NCBI GenBank assembly: GCA_047495785.1
Contig: JBLDXI010000055.1
Location: 682,001 to 746,000 of the forward strand
Reading direction: 5' to 3'
DNA: 64,000 nt
Source of the DNA: Lepidodermella squamata
Lineage: Eukaryota > Animalia > Gastrotricha
The notes beneath the pieces were generated by a model. The model had not been told where the DNA came from. It saw nothing but the letters and a program-made list of their open reading frames with translations, and made no database searches. The position numbers and the translations under genes are program-made. Shown one piece after another: positions 51,322 to 63,310 of the stretch; the stretch's first letter is position 1, and each line of letters begins with the position of its first letter.

Positions 51322-53670
51322 ATGAAACTTTCAATAATTCTTGTTTTGCAAATTTCGCGCTTGGGAGTCAGCGCTGGAATCGATGACAGCAAACTGAAGC
51401 TAGAAATACTTTCACTAATCCCGTTAACTGGTTCTGAACCCAGCACTGGAAAGATGTGCGCCGCTGCTCAAGAGTTCGTCGTAAACATGATAAATTCCAG
51501 GGATGACATTCTACCAGATTACGAAGTTGGCTTGAATTTCCAGGACGACGGCCCAAACAGTGCGTATGCTCTCAAAGCTGCCGTAGCATTCAGTCGCCAA
51601 ATGGAAAATCGCCGTGATGCAGTTGCTTCACCACTGATCATGGGTTCAATATACACCCCAGGCTGTAAAGCTCTAGCCTCAGCCTCGAGTTACCTGAACG
51701 TTCTTTCATTGACCCATGCTTGCGGCCATCCAATGTTCTCGAATAACAGAAAATCCTTCCCGAACCAGTACCGCGCCAAAGGTCCAAACGAAGCCATAAA
51801 TCTGGCCAAAATCGCTTTTATACAATACAACGGGTGGAATTCCTTCGCGATATTAGTGAATTCAGGAGCTGAATACAACACAGCTCTCGCTTCTCATTTC
51901 CAAAAGGCTGTATCGGAAAAACGAGGTCTTAGAATAGGATGGCTTGACATGACGCCTAACTTGGATGACCAAACAATGATTTCGCTAGTTCGCAGTGGTT
52001 TGCGCATCATAGACATTGAAACAGTCGACTACCCCTTCTTTGCAAGATTTCTCTGCCTGGCGTACAAATACGGAATTTCAGGGAACCGATACGTTTTCCT
52101 GTCAATATTTCAGCTTTCGCGAGACGTATCGCTCTGGCCATCTACTTTATTTGGCCCTGATTGCACTCGGAAAATAGTTTTGGAACAGTTAAAGTCGGTA
52201 ATTTTAGTAGGAAACGCTAACACTGCTTTGGAATCGCGTGGTATCACGCCACTGAATCACACCATAGCGAATTTCGAGCCTCAATTTGTACAGTATATTA
52301 ACGGACCTATTGACTTTGACTACAGCGAACGTCATCTTTGCTACGATCGAACGCTTCACTCGCTATTAGTTCTAGACTGGGCTGATAAATACCTCAAATC
52401 GTTGAATTCGACCCCTGGCTCTTACAAACTCGAACCTCGGATGGTTGTAGATGCAATTAAGCGGGGGTTTTCTGAGGTATCTTTTGTTGGTCTTCGAGTT
52501 GGGCTCATCTCCTACAGCTCCAGGTTAGAGCTAGATGATGAGCCAATTTACATAGCTTCTCAGCAACAAATGGCTCTCGGAAAGTTTAATTACCGTTCAG
52601 TTCTCACTCAGAACAGATCTGGTATGGTACTGGAGACAGTTCATGCGTTGCAATGGGATACTGTGAATGGAAAACCTCCTCGAGACACTTTGCTACGTCT
52701 ATCAATTGACGACCCTCTCGAAAAATCAGCTTTTTACGCTATAGCTGCGATCGCAGCGATTTGTCTTGCACTCAAGCTTGTCTCCATTTCCGCCTACGAA
52801 AAGTTCGTATTTCCCAAACTATCTAATTTCCAGAGTTCAACGATGCACCGACATAATTGTCGTGTCTATTTTATATCGTCCCTAACGATAGACATCGCAG
52901 CGGTGCTATTTTCGCTACCGTCTAATTTGACAGACCACGCAGCTCTATGCATTTCTCGAATTTTTGTCGCATCGATTGGGGTGACGATGGCTAACGTCTC
53001 GATGATGTGTAGTCTGCTGTTATCGCGGCCGTCATATGATCGACGGAATAGCAAAAAGATTCGTCGCAAAAAAACGTGTTTGGAAACAATTTCCCCAAAC
53101 AGACGCACCAAGGTAGACGCTAACGAAGTATATCAATTAGAATCAGCTGACAAGATGCCGGCAAATGCCGCCCCTCGAAAGAAAAATCCTAATTTCGGCA
53201 GCATTTTGTTGTTTATCAGCTTTGTCTTATCTGCGCTAGTGATTGCAATATCCCAGTTCACAGACCCGCCTGAAGCAGTGAAACACCTTCAAAGATCCAC
53301 CTTGGACCCGGTGAAGGACGAGGTCGTCATTTCCTATGTGACTATCTGCCAATATACCCTCGCTAATAAGTCCGGAATAGCTGTTTTGCTAGGGTTCGAA
53401 ACCTGCGTTCTTGCATACATGTCGTACCTGAGCTATACTTTGAAGCTTAGAGCAGTTACATACGCAATACCGGGCGTAACTACGTCGAAACAAATGCAAC
53501 TAGCCTCTTTCAATGCTGCATTGCTGTTTTGCGTAACCATCGTGTTGACGTTGATTGTCGGTGATGAAAAACGGCAGGAACTCACTGTAGCTTGTGGAAT
53601 GTTGGCAGTTTCATGCTCGACTACTGCGCTTTTATTCGCGTCGAGGGCTTTAAAAGTAATCAGAAAATAA
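51322..53670 (+). CDS. Intronless class C GPCR, GABA-B-receptor-like (Venus flytrap domain plus 7TM)
   Basis: Signal peptide; INSRDDILPDYEV, FLCLAYKYGISGNRYVF, CYDRTL and WDTVNGKPPRD motifs; no cysteine-rich domain; seven hydrophobic helices with FTDP after TM4. Confidence 0.85.
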   Translation: MKLSIILVLQISRLGVSAGIDDSKLKLEILSLIPLTGSEPSTGKMCAAAQEFVVNMINSRDDILPDYEVGLNFQDDGPNSAYALKAAVAFSRQMENRRDAVASPLIMGSIYTPGCKALASASSYLNVLSLTHACGHPMFSNNRKSFPNQYRAKGPNEAINLAKIAFIQYNGWNSFAILVNSGAEYNTALASHFQKAVSEKRGLRIGWLDMTPNLDDQTMISLVRSGLRIIDIETVDYPFFARFLCLAYKYGISGNRYVFLSIFQLSRDVSLWPSTLFGPDCTRKIVLEQLKSVILVGNANTALESRGITPLNHTIANFEPQFVQYINGPIDFDYSERHLCYDRTLHSLLVLDWADKYLKSLNSTPGSYKLEPRMVVDAIKRGFSEVSFVGLRVGLISYSSRLELDDEPIYIASQQQMALGKFNYRSVLTQNRSGMVLETVHALQWDTVNGKPPRDTLLRLSIDDPLEKSAFYAIAAIAAICLALKLVSISAYEKFVFPKLSNFQSSTMHRHNCRVYFISSLTIDIAAVLFSLPSNLTDHAALCISRIFVASIGVTMANVSMMCSLLLSRPSYDRRNSKKIRRKKTCLETISPNRRTKVDANEVYQLESADKMPANAAPRKKNPNFGSILLFISFVLSALVIAISQFTDPPEAVKHLQRSTLDPVKDEVVISYVTICQYTLANKSGIAVLLGFETCVLAYMSYLSYTLKLRAVTYAIPGVTTSKQMQLASFNAALLFCVTIVLTLIVGDEKRQELTVACGMLAVSCSTTALLFASRALKVIRK

Positions 53671-53822
53671 TAGCTCGAAGTTGATCATTATCTCCTTGCA
53701 AGTGCAACCTAAAATAAAATTTGCGAAGTAGAAAAGCACATACATCACAACAGAAATTCGAGCATGAAAGCCGGATATATAAGCGTCTGAAAAGTTCGAT
53801 CGACTGACCTCTATCTTTAAAG

Positions 53823-56240
53823 ATGAAATTTTCCATCATAACACGAAAAATGAATATAAAATCTAAATTACTGCTGCTTTTATTCGCTTTATTCGCGGAG
53901 AAATGCCAATGTCAGCAGCTGAATTTGACAGTAGCTCAAAAGAAGCCATACGAACTACGTGTTCTGTTTCTGATGAACGTGGCAGGCGCAAGCTGTCAAG
54001 ATGTTCAGGATATCGTTATTGACACTGTCAATAGTCGACAAGATATTTTACCTGATTATCATGTTGTTGGCGAGTATTTCTTCGAAGGGCCGAACAGCAT
54101 GCTGGCTCCACAGCTTCTCTTCGACTACGACCGGAGATTTGAAACGCTGCCCACGAATATCTACCAAGCTCCGATCATCGCTGGGCCAACTCTAACCCCG
54201 GGCTGTAAAGCTATCGGTCAGATAAGCCATCGGATAAACATGTTAAACATCGCGAATGCCTGCGTAAATCCTCGATTCACTGGCCGAAGAGACATTTACC
54301 CTGGAATGTACCGAGAGCGACCATCAGGAGAACTGGGAAACATTCCTACGATGGCTTTCATCCGCGATATCGGTCGGTGGAGAAAGGTTGGAATAATCGC
54401 GAATTCGGATAACGAATACAATGTAGCCATAGCTACGTCCCTCATTCAAGCTGCTGCGAAAATAGGCGTTAAGGTGGAATATTTTGATGCTACCCCTGTA
54501 GTTGAGGAAGGCACTTTGTTGGTTTTCAAAAACTCTGGTCTTCGTGTCATTTATGTTCAAGCCGTTGAAGGCGGCTTCTTCACCAAATTCTTGTGTACTA
54601 CTCAGCAAATCGGAATGTCTGGTTCTCGCTACGTCATCCTAGCCCCGTTTTCTCTTTCTTTACGCGATCCTGTTACATCCCTGTCACCTAGCCAGACGGG
54701 ATTGTGCACCCGAGAAATGGTGGTAAATGCCATGAAAATAGTTATTTTTGTTGGTTATGTCAACTATGCGATGGAGAATTACGGACCAACTGCACTTGGC
54801 CTAGATTTGGACAGCTTCGAAAAACGCCTATTGGAATATGCGAACTTCACGCGGAAAGAAGATTACGGTGATCGGTTTCTTTGCTACGATCGAACCCTGC
54901 ATACTTTACTTGCTCTGGATGATGCCGAAAAACGTCTTTCCATACGAAATATGTCCCTTCGAGATTTTAGAAATAACCGCGCTGAGGTTGCAAAAGCGGC
55001 GAATGAATCTCTAGCCACCTTAAAGTTCAACACCCTTCGCCGGGGACCTTTTGCCTACAGCGACAATTTGGAGGTTGAAGACGAAACTTGCTTCGTAGCA
55101 ACGCCAAATGCTATCGCAAAAAACACGTTCAACATGAAAATTCTCAGTCGCAGTGGGAATTCGCCGGCATTTACCTACGTGAATACAGCTACAGACCCTC
55201 TGAGATGGTCAACGACAGACCGACGGCCACCGAAAGACAGCGTCACTCTAGTAACTTCTCTCAAGTTCATCCCGGCTGAGGCGTTTCACTTTTTCGTCTC
55301 AATTTCGATTATTTCGAGCTTGATGACAGCTTTTGCTGCGCTAATGATTTTCTACCGCACAAGACTTCAACGTGGGCGGTCGTTGCTGTTTTTCAAGGGA
55401 GACGTGCTGCTACTGGCTTTAGGATGCATCTGTCTCAACATATCTGCCACCCTTTTCGCTATCACGCCTACGCAAGATCGTGCAGGTGTGGCGCTTTGTA
55501 ACTTGAGAATCATTCTAGCTTCCTGTGGTTTGACAATGCTACATGGTCTCCTATTCGCCTCTGTGCTCATGCAGTTCAGCACTATCAAATCACCCACGGT
55601 GACCAAGTTGCTTTCCTCAGCGTTCTTTTCGCGGAAACCAAACAAATCATCAACTAATAGTAGACGCAACTACGAATTAAGTAGAGATTCTGTTGAATCT
55701 CGAGGGATAACTTCACGCACAGTCCATATTGTAACGTCTGCTTTTGCCGCCTTGAATGCAATCGCTTTGGTTGTCCTTTTCCATCAAGGATCTTACCAGG
55801 TATCGAAAGTGGTTCTAAATTTGGAATCGAACTACGACACTTTATCGGACACTCAGTTTGAGGTGTTCGAAAGCTTTTGCTTCGTTCAAAGCGAGGGCGA
55901 CTTTCTGGGTATTTCCGTATCAAGCCACTGCGTTGCTTTACTCATTGCATCATTTTGCGCCTATCAAATGAGGCGGAGAAAGACGTCAAATAATGTTATG
56001 ATTAATTCCGAATATCTTCGCGCATCTATTGCCTGTGAAGTAACGTTGTTCGCGGCTGCAATTCTGATGATCAGTGTTCTATCATCGCAATCAGTGATGT
56101 CACGGGAGATTTGCACATCAACCTTGCTTTGGATGATATCAGCCGCAGCTCCAGCAATCTTGATCAAACCTGGACTTTCTTACGTTTTCAGGGTCCAGCC
56201 CCATCATAATACCCGGGTTCAATCTGAGGCAAGAGCCTGA
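53823..56240 (+). CDS. Intronless class C GPCR, GABA-B-receptor-like, tandem paralogue
   Basis: VNSRQDILPDYHV, FLCTTQQIGMSGSRYVI, CYDRTLH and WSTTDRRPPKD motifs, 7TM. It has its own TATA-like TATATAA at 53776. Confidence 0.85.
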   Translation: MKFSIITRKMNIKSKLLLLLFALFAEKCQCQQLNLTVAQKKPYELRVLFLMNVAGASCQDVQDIVIDTVNSRQDILPDYHVVGEYFFEGPNSMLAPQLLFDYDRRFETLPTNIYQAPIIAGPTLTPGCKAIGQISHRINMLNIANACVNPRFTGRRDIYPGMYRERPSGELGNIPTMAFIRDIGRWRKVGIIANSDNEYNVAIATSLIQAAAKIGVKVEYFDATPVVEEGTLLVFKNSGLRVIYVQAVEGGFFTKFLCTTQQIGMSGSRYVILAPFSLSLRDPVTSLSPSQTGLCTREMVVNAMKIVIFVGYVNYAMENYGPTALGLDLDSFEKRLLEYANFTRKEDYGDRFLCYDRTLHTLLALDDAEKRLSIRNMSLRDFRNNRAEVAKAANESLATLKFNTLRRGPFAYSDNLEVEDETCFVATPNAIAKNTFNMKILSRSGNSPAFTYVNTATDPLRWSTTDRRPPKDSVTLVTSLKFIPAEAFHFFVSISIISSLMTAFAALMIFYRTRLQRGRSLLFFKGDVLLLALGCICLNISATLFAITPTQDRAGVALCNLRIILASCGLTMLHGLLFASVLMQFSTIKSPTVTKLLSSAFFSRKPNKSSTNSRRNYELSRDSVESRGITSRTVHIVTSAFAALNAIALVVLFHQGSYQVSKVVLNLESNYDTLSDTQFEVFESFCFVQSEGDFLGISVSSHCVALLIASFCAYQMRRRKTSNNVMINSEYLRASIACEVTLFAAAILMISVLSSQSVMSREICTSTLLWMISAAAPAILIKPGLSYVFRVQPHHNTRVQSEARA

Positions 56241-56540
56241 GCTAACCTTTTAAAAAATATCAACAGGTCTAATGGTATAGTTCAGTTTCCGGAATGTTCT
56301 GAGTGTTTTAAATACGAGGTATTAACTTGGTTTTATTGTCATACGCTGCAAAATAAGATTATAACAACTTAGCCAAAACCCACACGTATTGTGGGAATAT
56401 TTTTTGTATACGAAATGTGCTAGTTAATGTGTTTTCATGAGGAGTATAAAGCAGAGGCGTTAACATATTCTACTAGCACGCAATAATGACACTAGTTAAC
56501 AGGCCATGTGTGAATATTCTGAAATTTTATTCAAGGCGAA

Positions 56541-58596
56541 ATGAGATTCACCTTGAGTTTCATTGCGTCTGTAATTACTGTCTACCATGTAAAAGGTTAG
56601 TCGATTTATTCTTATTATTGATGAGCTTTGATTTCTCGATTTGACCTCAGCGGTTGTGAGATGCGGAAGTGACTCCTTGGTAATAAGCAAAATTGGCAAA
56701 GGAATCGATGCCGAAATCGGAGAGAGTGATTACAATTTCATTCGATTTTAATAAAGCTAGCCTAACATTTCTGCCTAATAATAGTTCCGTGGCAGGCAAG
56801 GTTGAACTTGAACGGCTATATTTGTGGAGGTACGATTGTTGCCACTAACTGGATATTATCTGCAGCTCACTGCTTCTTCTACGGCCAAAGCGGGCAGCGA
56901 AAATTGTTTCCCATCGAATTGGTGGATGTGACTGTCGGCTCTCTTCAACTGTCAACCCCAACAAGCGGCCAACAAACCCGTAAAATCGATCGGGTTATAA
57001 TTCACGAGCGATACAATGATACGGCTCATGATTACGATTATGCGCTTGTTCATGTAGCTCAGCCATTAAGGTGGTCAGCGACAATAAAACCGGCTTGTTT
57101 GCCGAAAACTTGCGCTGAGGAACCATCGCCTGGGACGATTTGCGTCATCTCAGGCTGGGGGACGAACAAATCCGACGATATGAGCCCGCAGGAAACTCTG
57201 CAAAAGGCTACAGTGCCCGTTGTATCTCGCGTTAAGTGTCAGCTAGCTCTTTCGAAGCTGCCAGATGTTGGGAGTTTTAACCTGACTGATAGGATGATAT
57301 GTGCCGGTATGCGCTTTAGAGCCATGAAAGACGGAGATTTCAAGTTTTAATTTCAGGATTTCCAAAGAGCTCACCAGACGCTTGTCAAGGTGACAGTGGG
57401 GGTCCTATGGTTTGTCGAAGTAAGGTCGCATCTCACTCCTTTCTACTAGTCGGAATCATCAGTTTCGGATACGAGTGTGGCTACGAAGGCGCTTATGGAA
57501 TTTACTCACGGTAAATCCTCATTTTTTACTATTTATGATTACATTTTTACCGAAAAACAGTGTTTGCCGTGTCGTTGATTGGATCGGGAATTATGTGAAC
57601 AACGGGACCTTTACTCTTGCAGCAACCGCACGGTCAGAAGTTGCTCCACCAACAACAACACAAGCAGCCCCAAGGACATCGAATAACATTTGCTCTAGCA
57701 CGTTTAATTTAGCGTTGACAAATCGGCCTTCAGTCGCCCGCGCCAATGAAATACCATGGCAGGTCAAGTTGATCATCAAACCACCTGGGGCTTCGCGAAA
57801 TACTTCATGCGGGGCTACAGTAATCGGCGATCAATGGCTGCTCACCTCAAGCCAATGTGCCCCGGATAATTTGTAAGGAAAATAATTGAATCTTGACGTA
57901 TCTCCGAACAAAAATTGAGTTTAGGACGAAAATAAGCGTCAAATCGAGCTCTGGAAGAGGGCTGGGTAATGTTGCTGTTGTTTATCGTCACCCTCGTTAC
58001 GATCCTGAAACATTTGACTTCGATTTTTCTTTATTGAAAATGCAAGGTATTACGACAAATTCCATCTTGAAAATCACTATTTTATTTTGTTCAAGGTCCT
58101 CTACCGATAGGGGAAGGGCTAACAGCTCTATGCCTACCAGACCAGTGCGGGTCTCAACTTGAAGGAAGCGATGTTCTAGATCTCTCGATATACAACGACA
58201 ACCCGTGTGTCACCAGCGGCTGGGAAACCATTTCAACAACGCGTCGGTCAAGTGATTCGTTGAAGAAAGCGGTGGTTGGTGCCAAGACCACGGAAGAATG
58301 CAACGATAAGCTGGGTGAGATGTTCACCGACCGCAGCTTATGCATTCAAGACCGAATAGCCAACGTTGCAAGATGCCAGGTTTTAAGCCTTTTCTTTGAT
58401 ATAACATTTCATCGCAGATTTTTTGTTACAGACCGATCTTGGAGGGCCGTTGGCATGCCGTAATAATGATGAAGCTTACACCTTAACAGGGGTTGCATCT
58501 TACGCTCCTTACAACTGCGAAGGCGATGATTCCGTCATCGTTTACTCCCGAGTTTGTGCAATTACTGATTGGATTAGCAATATAATGTCATTTTGA
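56541..58596 (+). CDS. Two-domain trypsin-like serine protease (active domain plus inactive homologue), copy 1
   Basis: Signal peptide; K-IGKG activation site; LSAAHC, DYALV and [10 protein letters not shown] in domain 1; Thr-rich linker; LTSSQC, DFSLL and CQTDLGGP in domain 2. TATA near 56446. Confidence 0.9.
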
Positions 58597-58856
58597 AATC
58601 ATTTTCGTATGTCTTGGGTTAAAATGGAATAAACTTTTCGATCTGTATACATACACACTGAGAATTTTCTTATTGTTACAAAACCTTTCACGACGACATT
58701 TCACTGACGTGTGAGCATTAATATATGTCATAGTTTGAGTCATTCCCGTCAACGCTTTTTTTCGTTGCACAAAAATATGACTCAACAATAACATGTATAG
58801 ACATCTTAACCTATATAAGGTAACCCAAGAACTCATCATTGAAAAATATAGTAACG

Positions 58857-60968
58857 ATGAATGCCGTGCTTCTCATTTCCTCATTTCTTCAACTCAGTTT
58901 ACTGTCCATCCAAGGTCCGAAAAATTTCTTAATATAAAATATTATCTATGAAATAAGTTCCATTTAGCTTCCGACGCTGATGGTATAATATCATCATGTG
59001 GTAGCGGAAATTTGACGGTGGGGAAAATAACCAACGGGGAGGATGCAACGTTGGGAGAAAGTTTGTATTGTCTGTAGCGAGTTTATTGAACCTTTCATTT
59101 TGTTACCTTCATCAGTTCCGTGGCAAGTTAAGATAAGTGGAGGGCCTAAATACTGTGGTGGAACTATTATCGGTGCTGAGTGGGTGCTGTCTGCTGCCCA
59201 TTGCTTTATGACCGGTTCGAGATTTCCACGTCCGGTTCCAGCTGATTACCTCACAGTATCGGCTGGCGCTCTGTACTTGAACCAAACTGTTCCTGGGCAA
59301 GTTGAAATTAAAGTTTCGCAGCTCTTGATCCACCCAATGTACGACACATCAACGCATGATTATGACTACGCTTTACTTCGTCTGGCGCAGCGTTTAAGGT
59401 GGTCCAACTCGATTCAACCGGTCTGTCTGCCTTCATCTTGTGAGGATGAGTCATCAGCAGGCACGTTATGCGTAATCTCAGGATGGGGCACAAACTCCTC
59501 AAGTAGTCAATCGCTACAAAATACTCTCAAAAAGGCCGTTGTTCCCTTGGTCAGTCGAAGGAAATGCCAAGAAGCTCTTGATGAGGTCACAACTAACCGC
59601 GGTCAAGAAAGCGTAGCCCTGACCGACAGAATGACTTGCGCGGGTAATTACTTCAGGTCTGTACAAATTAGCCTAAAATGACCTCTCTACAGGCTACGGC
59701 ACGAAGTCTCCGGATGCTTGTCAGGGAGACAGCGGCGGCCCCTTGGTTTGTCGGAGTAAGCAATCGCCCTCTAGCTATCTACTGACTGGCATAATCAGTT
59801 TTGGATATGAGTATGCTTAACCCTATTCACAATCTGATAAAAAACTAGATTTGTTACACTAGTTGTGGCTACGATGGAACCTACGGTGTTTATAGCAGGC
59901 ACGTATTTCACATTATCACCTTCTTTATGAAACATAGATATCTTTTCAACTCGAAACAGAACCTGCCGGATTCGTGATTGGATTCTTTCAAGAGCCAGCG
60001 GAATTTCGCCGCAGCGAAAAACCACAGCTGCCACCCCTTCTGCTACGACACCTCCAACCGCACCCGGATTTTCACCTCGTAACGCACAGCCTAATAAACT
60101 TGCCCCAGTTTTCTTTCCTAACTTACCTACTGCGATCCATGATTTTGAAATTCCATGGCAAGTTCGGCTTCGTATCAATTCGCCAACCTCTAGAACCGCC
60201 TCTATCTGCGGTGCCGCGGTGATTGATAGCACTTGGTTGCTAACATCCGCTCAATGTACCGGTGATAACGTGTGAGTTCAGTTGCCTGTTATTCCAACAT
60301 CAGTTTATTTATTTCAATACCAGCACTGTTATTTCAGCCTCTGGACAAAATCTAGCGACTGTCAGCTCAATCTTTCGTCATCCCAACTATTCTCCAGACA
60401 CCTTCGCTTACGATTTTTCACTCCTTAAAATCGACAGTGAGCATTCGTTTTCTCTCATAAATTCATTGAATTTTATTGATCAATAGGACCACTGAATCTT
60501 GGAATTTACCTTGCTGCCATTCCTCTGCCGAATATGTGTTCGTCAGCTAGAATAAATGGCAATGCTTGCCTGACGACGGGCTGGGGCAGCATCTTCGCGA
60601 ATACGGTGACAAGTGCGACATTGATGAAGGCCTCTGTTGGCGCCATTCCTTCAGCTGAATGTGTTGACAGACTTGGCGAAAGCTTTACCAATAGCTCCTT
60701 ATGTGTCCGCGACGTGAGGCTTAGCACTGCGAGATGTGAGGTTGTCTTTCTCTTTGGAGTTTTGGTTCTTCCACGGGTCGTTATAATTTAAAATTTTCAG
60801 ACTGATAAAGGAGGGCCGCTGGTATGCCTCGATGAGTCTGGTAATATGCTGCTACGAGGCATTGCATCCTATGTGCCGTACAAGTGCAGCGGCATCGACT
60901 CTGTGGTAGTTTACGGAAAGACATGTGAAATAGTTCCATGGATTATTACTGTTACATCTGCCAACTGA
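58857..60968 (+). CDS. Two-domain trypsin-like serine protease, copy 2
   Basis: K-ITNG; LSAAHC, DYALL and GDSGGP in domain 1; LTSAQC and CETDKGGP in domain 2. TATATAA at about 58812. Confidence 0.9.
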
Positions 60969-61215
60969 ATAGAGGTTCGCTCTAATAGTTCAACGTTTTT
61001 TTTTCATAGAAATAAATCGAATTAGTATGGCGAGGACACGATAAAATAAACGCTTTAATCAGAATAAATTACCAGGTTGACTATTAAGAGTTTTTTCTAG
61101 CCCTCCTCCGCAACCACGTATTACATGTAGCAACAAAATGTCCTTATACATCTCAGCGTAGAAAGCATGGTCAATACCACACATTAATTTTTCTAATGCA
61201 ATACGTGTAGGAACA

Positions 61216-63310
61216 ATGAACGACCTTATCTTGATTTTCAACTTCCTGTTACAGTTCAACTTCCTCATAAGTCAAGGTAGGAATTTTTACTCTCATAATC
61301 GGTCCCAGTTGTTTAAGAAGCTACTTCTAGCATCAATTTCTGGCACTGTTTGTGGAAACGGAACACTTTCGGTGGGGAAAATAACTGGCAACGCAGCTGA
61401 TGCTACACTAGGAGAAGGTTTGGTTGGTTGAGATGACCAAAATAGACGTTTCATTACCTGTTATCACTCAGTACCATGGCAAGTTAGAATATCAGGTGGA
61501 CCTAAATACTGTGGCGGAACTATTATTGGGGCGGAGTGGATAATGTCTGCTGCCCACTGCTTCATGCGAAAACAGGGTCCGGTTCCAGCTGATTACCTCA
61601 CAGTGTCGGCTGGCGCTCTTTACTTGAATCAAAGTGTACCTGGCCAAGTTGACGTAAAGGTTTCCCAGCTTTTCATCCATGAGAAGTACGTCACAGGTTC
61701 TCCTGATTACGACTACGCCCTACTTCGTCTGGCGCAGCGTTTGACGTGGTCCTATTCAATCAAGCCAGCCTGCCTTCCTGCGACTTGTGCGGATGAATCG
61801 CTAGTTGGGACTATTTGCGTTATCTCCGGTTGGGGTGCAGATTCCGCCACCAATCAGGTGATGCAAAATACCCTGAAAAAAGCAATTGTTCCCCTGGTGA
61901 GTCGAAGGAGGTGTCAAGAGGCTTTTGATGCGATAGCAAATGATCGCGGTCAAGATAAGGTAGCAATCACTGATAGAATGACTTGTGCTGGTAACAATAA
62001 TCGAGACGCCAATGCTAAGCCTTATAAGAGACATTTTTCAGGTTTCGGCTCAAAGTCTCCGGATGCTTGTCAAGGAGACAGCGGTGGTCCTCTGGTATGC
62101 AGAAGTAAGCAATCAACCACTAGTACCTATCTGTTGGTTGGCGTGATCAGCTTTGGATACGAGTTAGTATGACGCTGAACGTTTCTTTCAAATAACGATT
62201 TTTTATTGTAGATGTGGTCTTGATGAGTCATACGGCGTGTATAGTAGGTTTGTGCTTATTCAAATATCATTCCCTTGAAATAATACTATTACTTGAAACA
62301 GAACTTGCAGGGTTTCTGATTGGATTGATAGGATAGTTAATGGCAATTCGCCACCTTCAACGAGTTCCACTACTACCACCACCACTACCACCACCACCAC
62401 CCGCCGACCTATACCCAGTGACATCACCAAGCCGAAATGTTCCTCGGTTACCTTTCCAGACGAGCCAGTTGTGACGAATGACCTTGACATCCCGTGGCAA
62501 GTTCGGTTGGTGATCAAAACGCCGAATTCCAAAAACAACATAACATGCGGCGCAGCCGTCATTGGAAGCGAATGGCTGTTAACAGCCGCTCAATGCGCCC
62601 TAGATAATAAGTTTGTTATTTAGTTCAAGGGTGTTTTCATTAATTCAACTGTATCGCTAGCACAAGGATTACTATAAGATCAGGCTCGGGGCGAAATCTT
62701 GCCAATGTTAAATCAATATTCCGTCATGCTTCTTTTGATGCGGACACCCTTGATTTCGACTTTTCACTCCTGAAAACAGACCGTAAATGCTTAATTTTTT
62801 TAAAGTTTATTCAATTCACATGATTCGTAAACAGGGCCTCTTAATCTTGGGAATAACCTTGCTGCCATTGCAATACCGCAGCAATGCGAGCCACCGATGA
62901 TTTCTAGAAACGCATGCCTTACCACAGGCTGGGGCACCATTTACACAAAAACCATGACAAGCAACACGACGAGACTGCTAAAGGCATCAGTCAGCGTGAA
63001 GACTGCGGTAGAATGTATGGATGCATTGAGCGAAAGCTATACAGATCGAAGTCTATGTGTACGCGATGCAAAACGTAACACTGCACGATGCGAGGTTGGT
63101 TTTTTGCGGTATGATTCATTCACTTTAGTATTCTGATTACAGACTGATATTGGGGGCCCGATGGTTTGTTGCGATGATGCCGGAGAGATGCTACTGCAAG
63201 GGATTGCATCATACGCCCCATACAAATGTGAAGGCAGCGATTCGGTTGTAATTTACGGAAAAACATGTGAAGTGGCGCCATGGATTTCAAGCGTTACTTC
63301 TTCGAACTAA
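61216..63310 (+). CDS. Two-domain trypsin-like serine protease, copy 3
   Basis: K-ITGN; MSAAHC, DYALL and GDSGGP in domain 1; poly-Thr linker; LTAAQC and CETDIGGP in domain 2. Confidence 0.9.
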
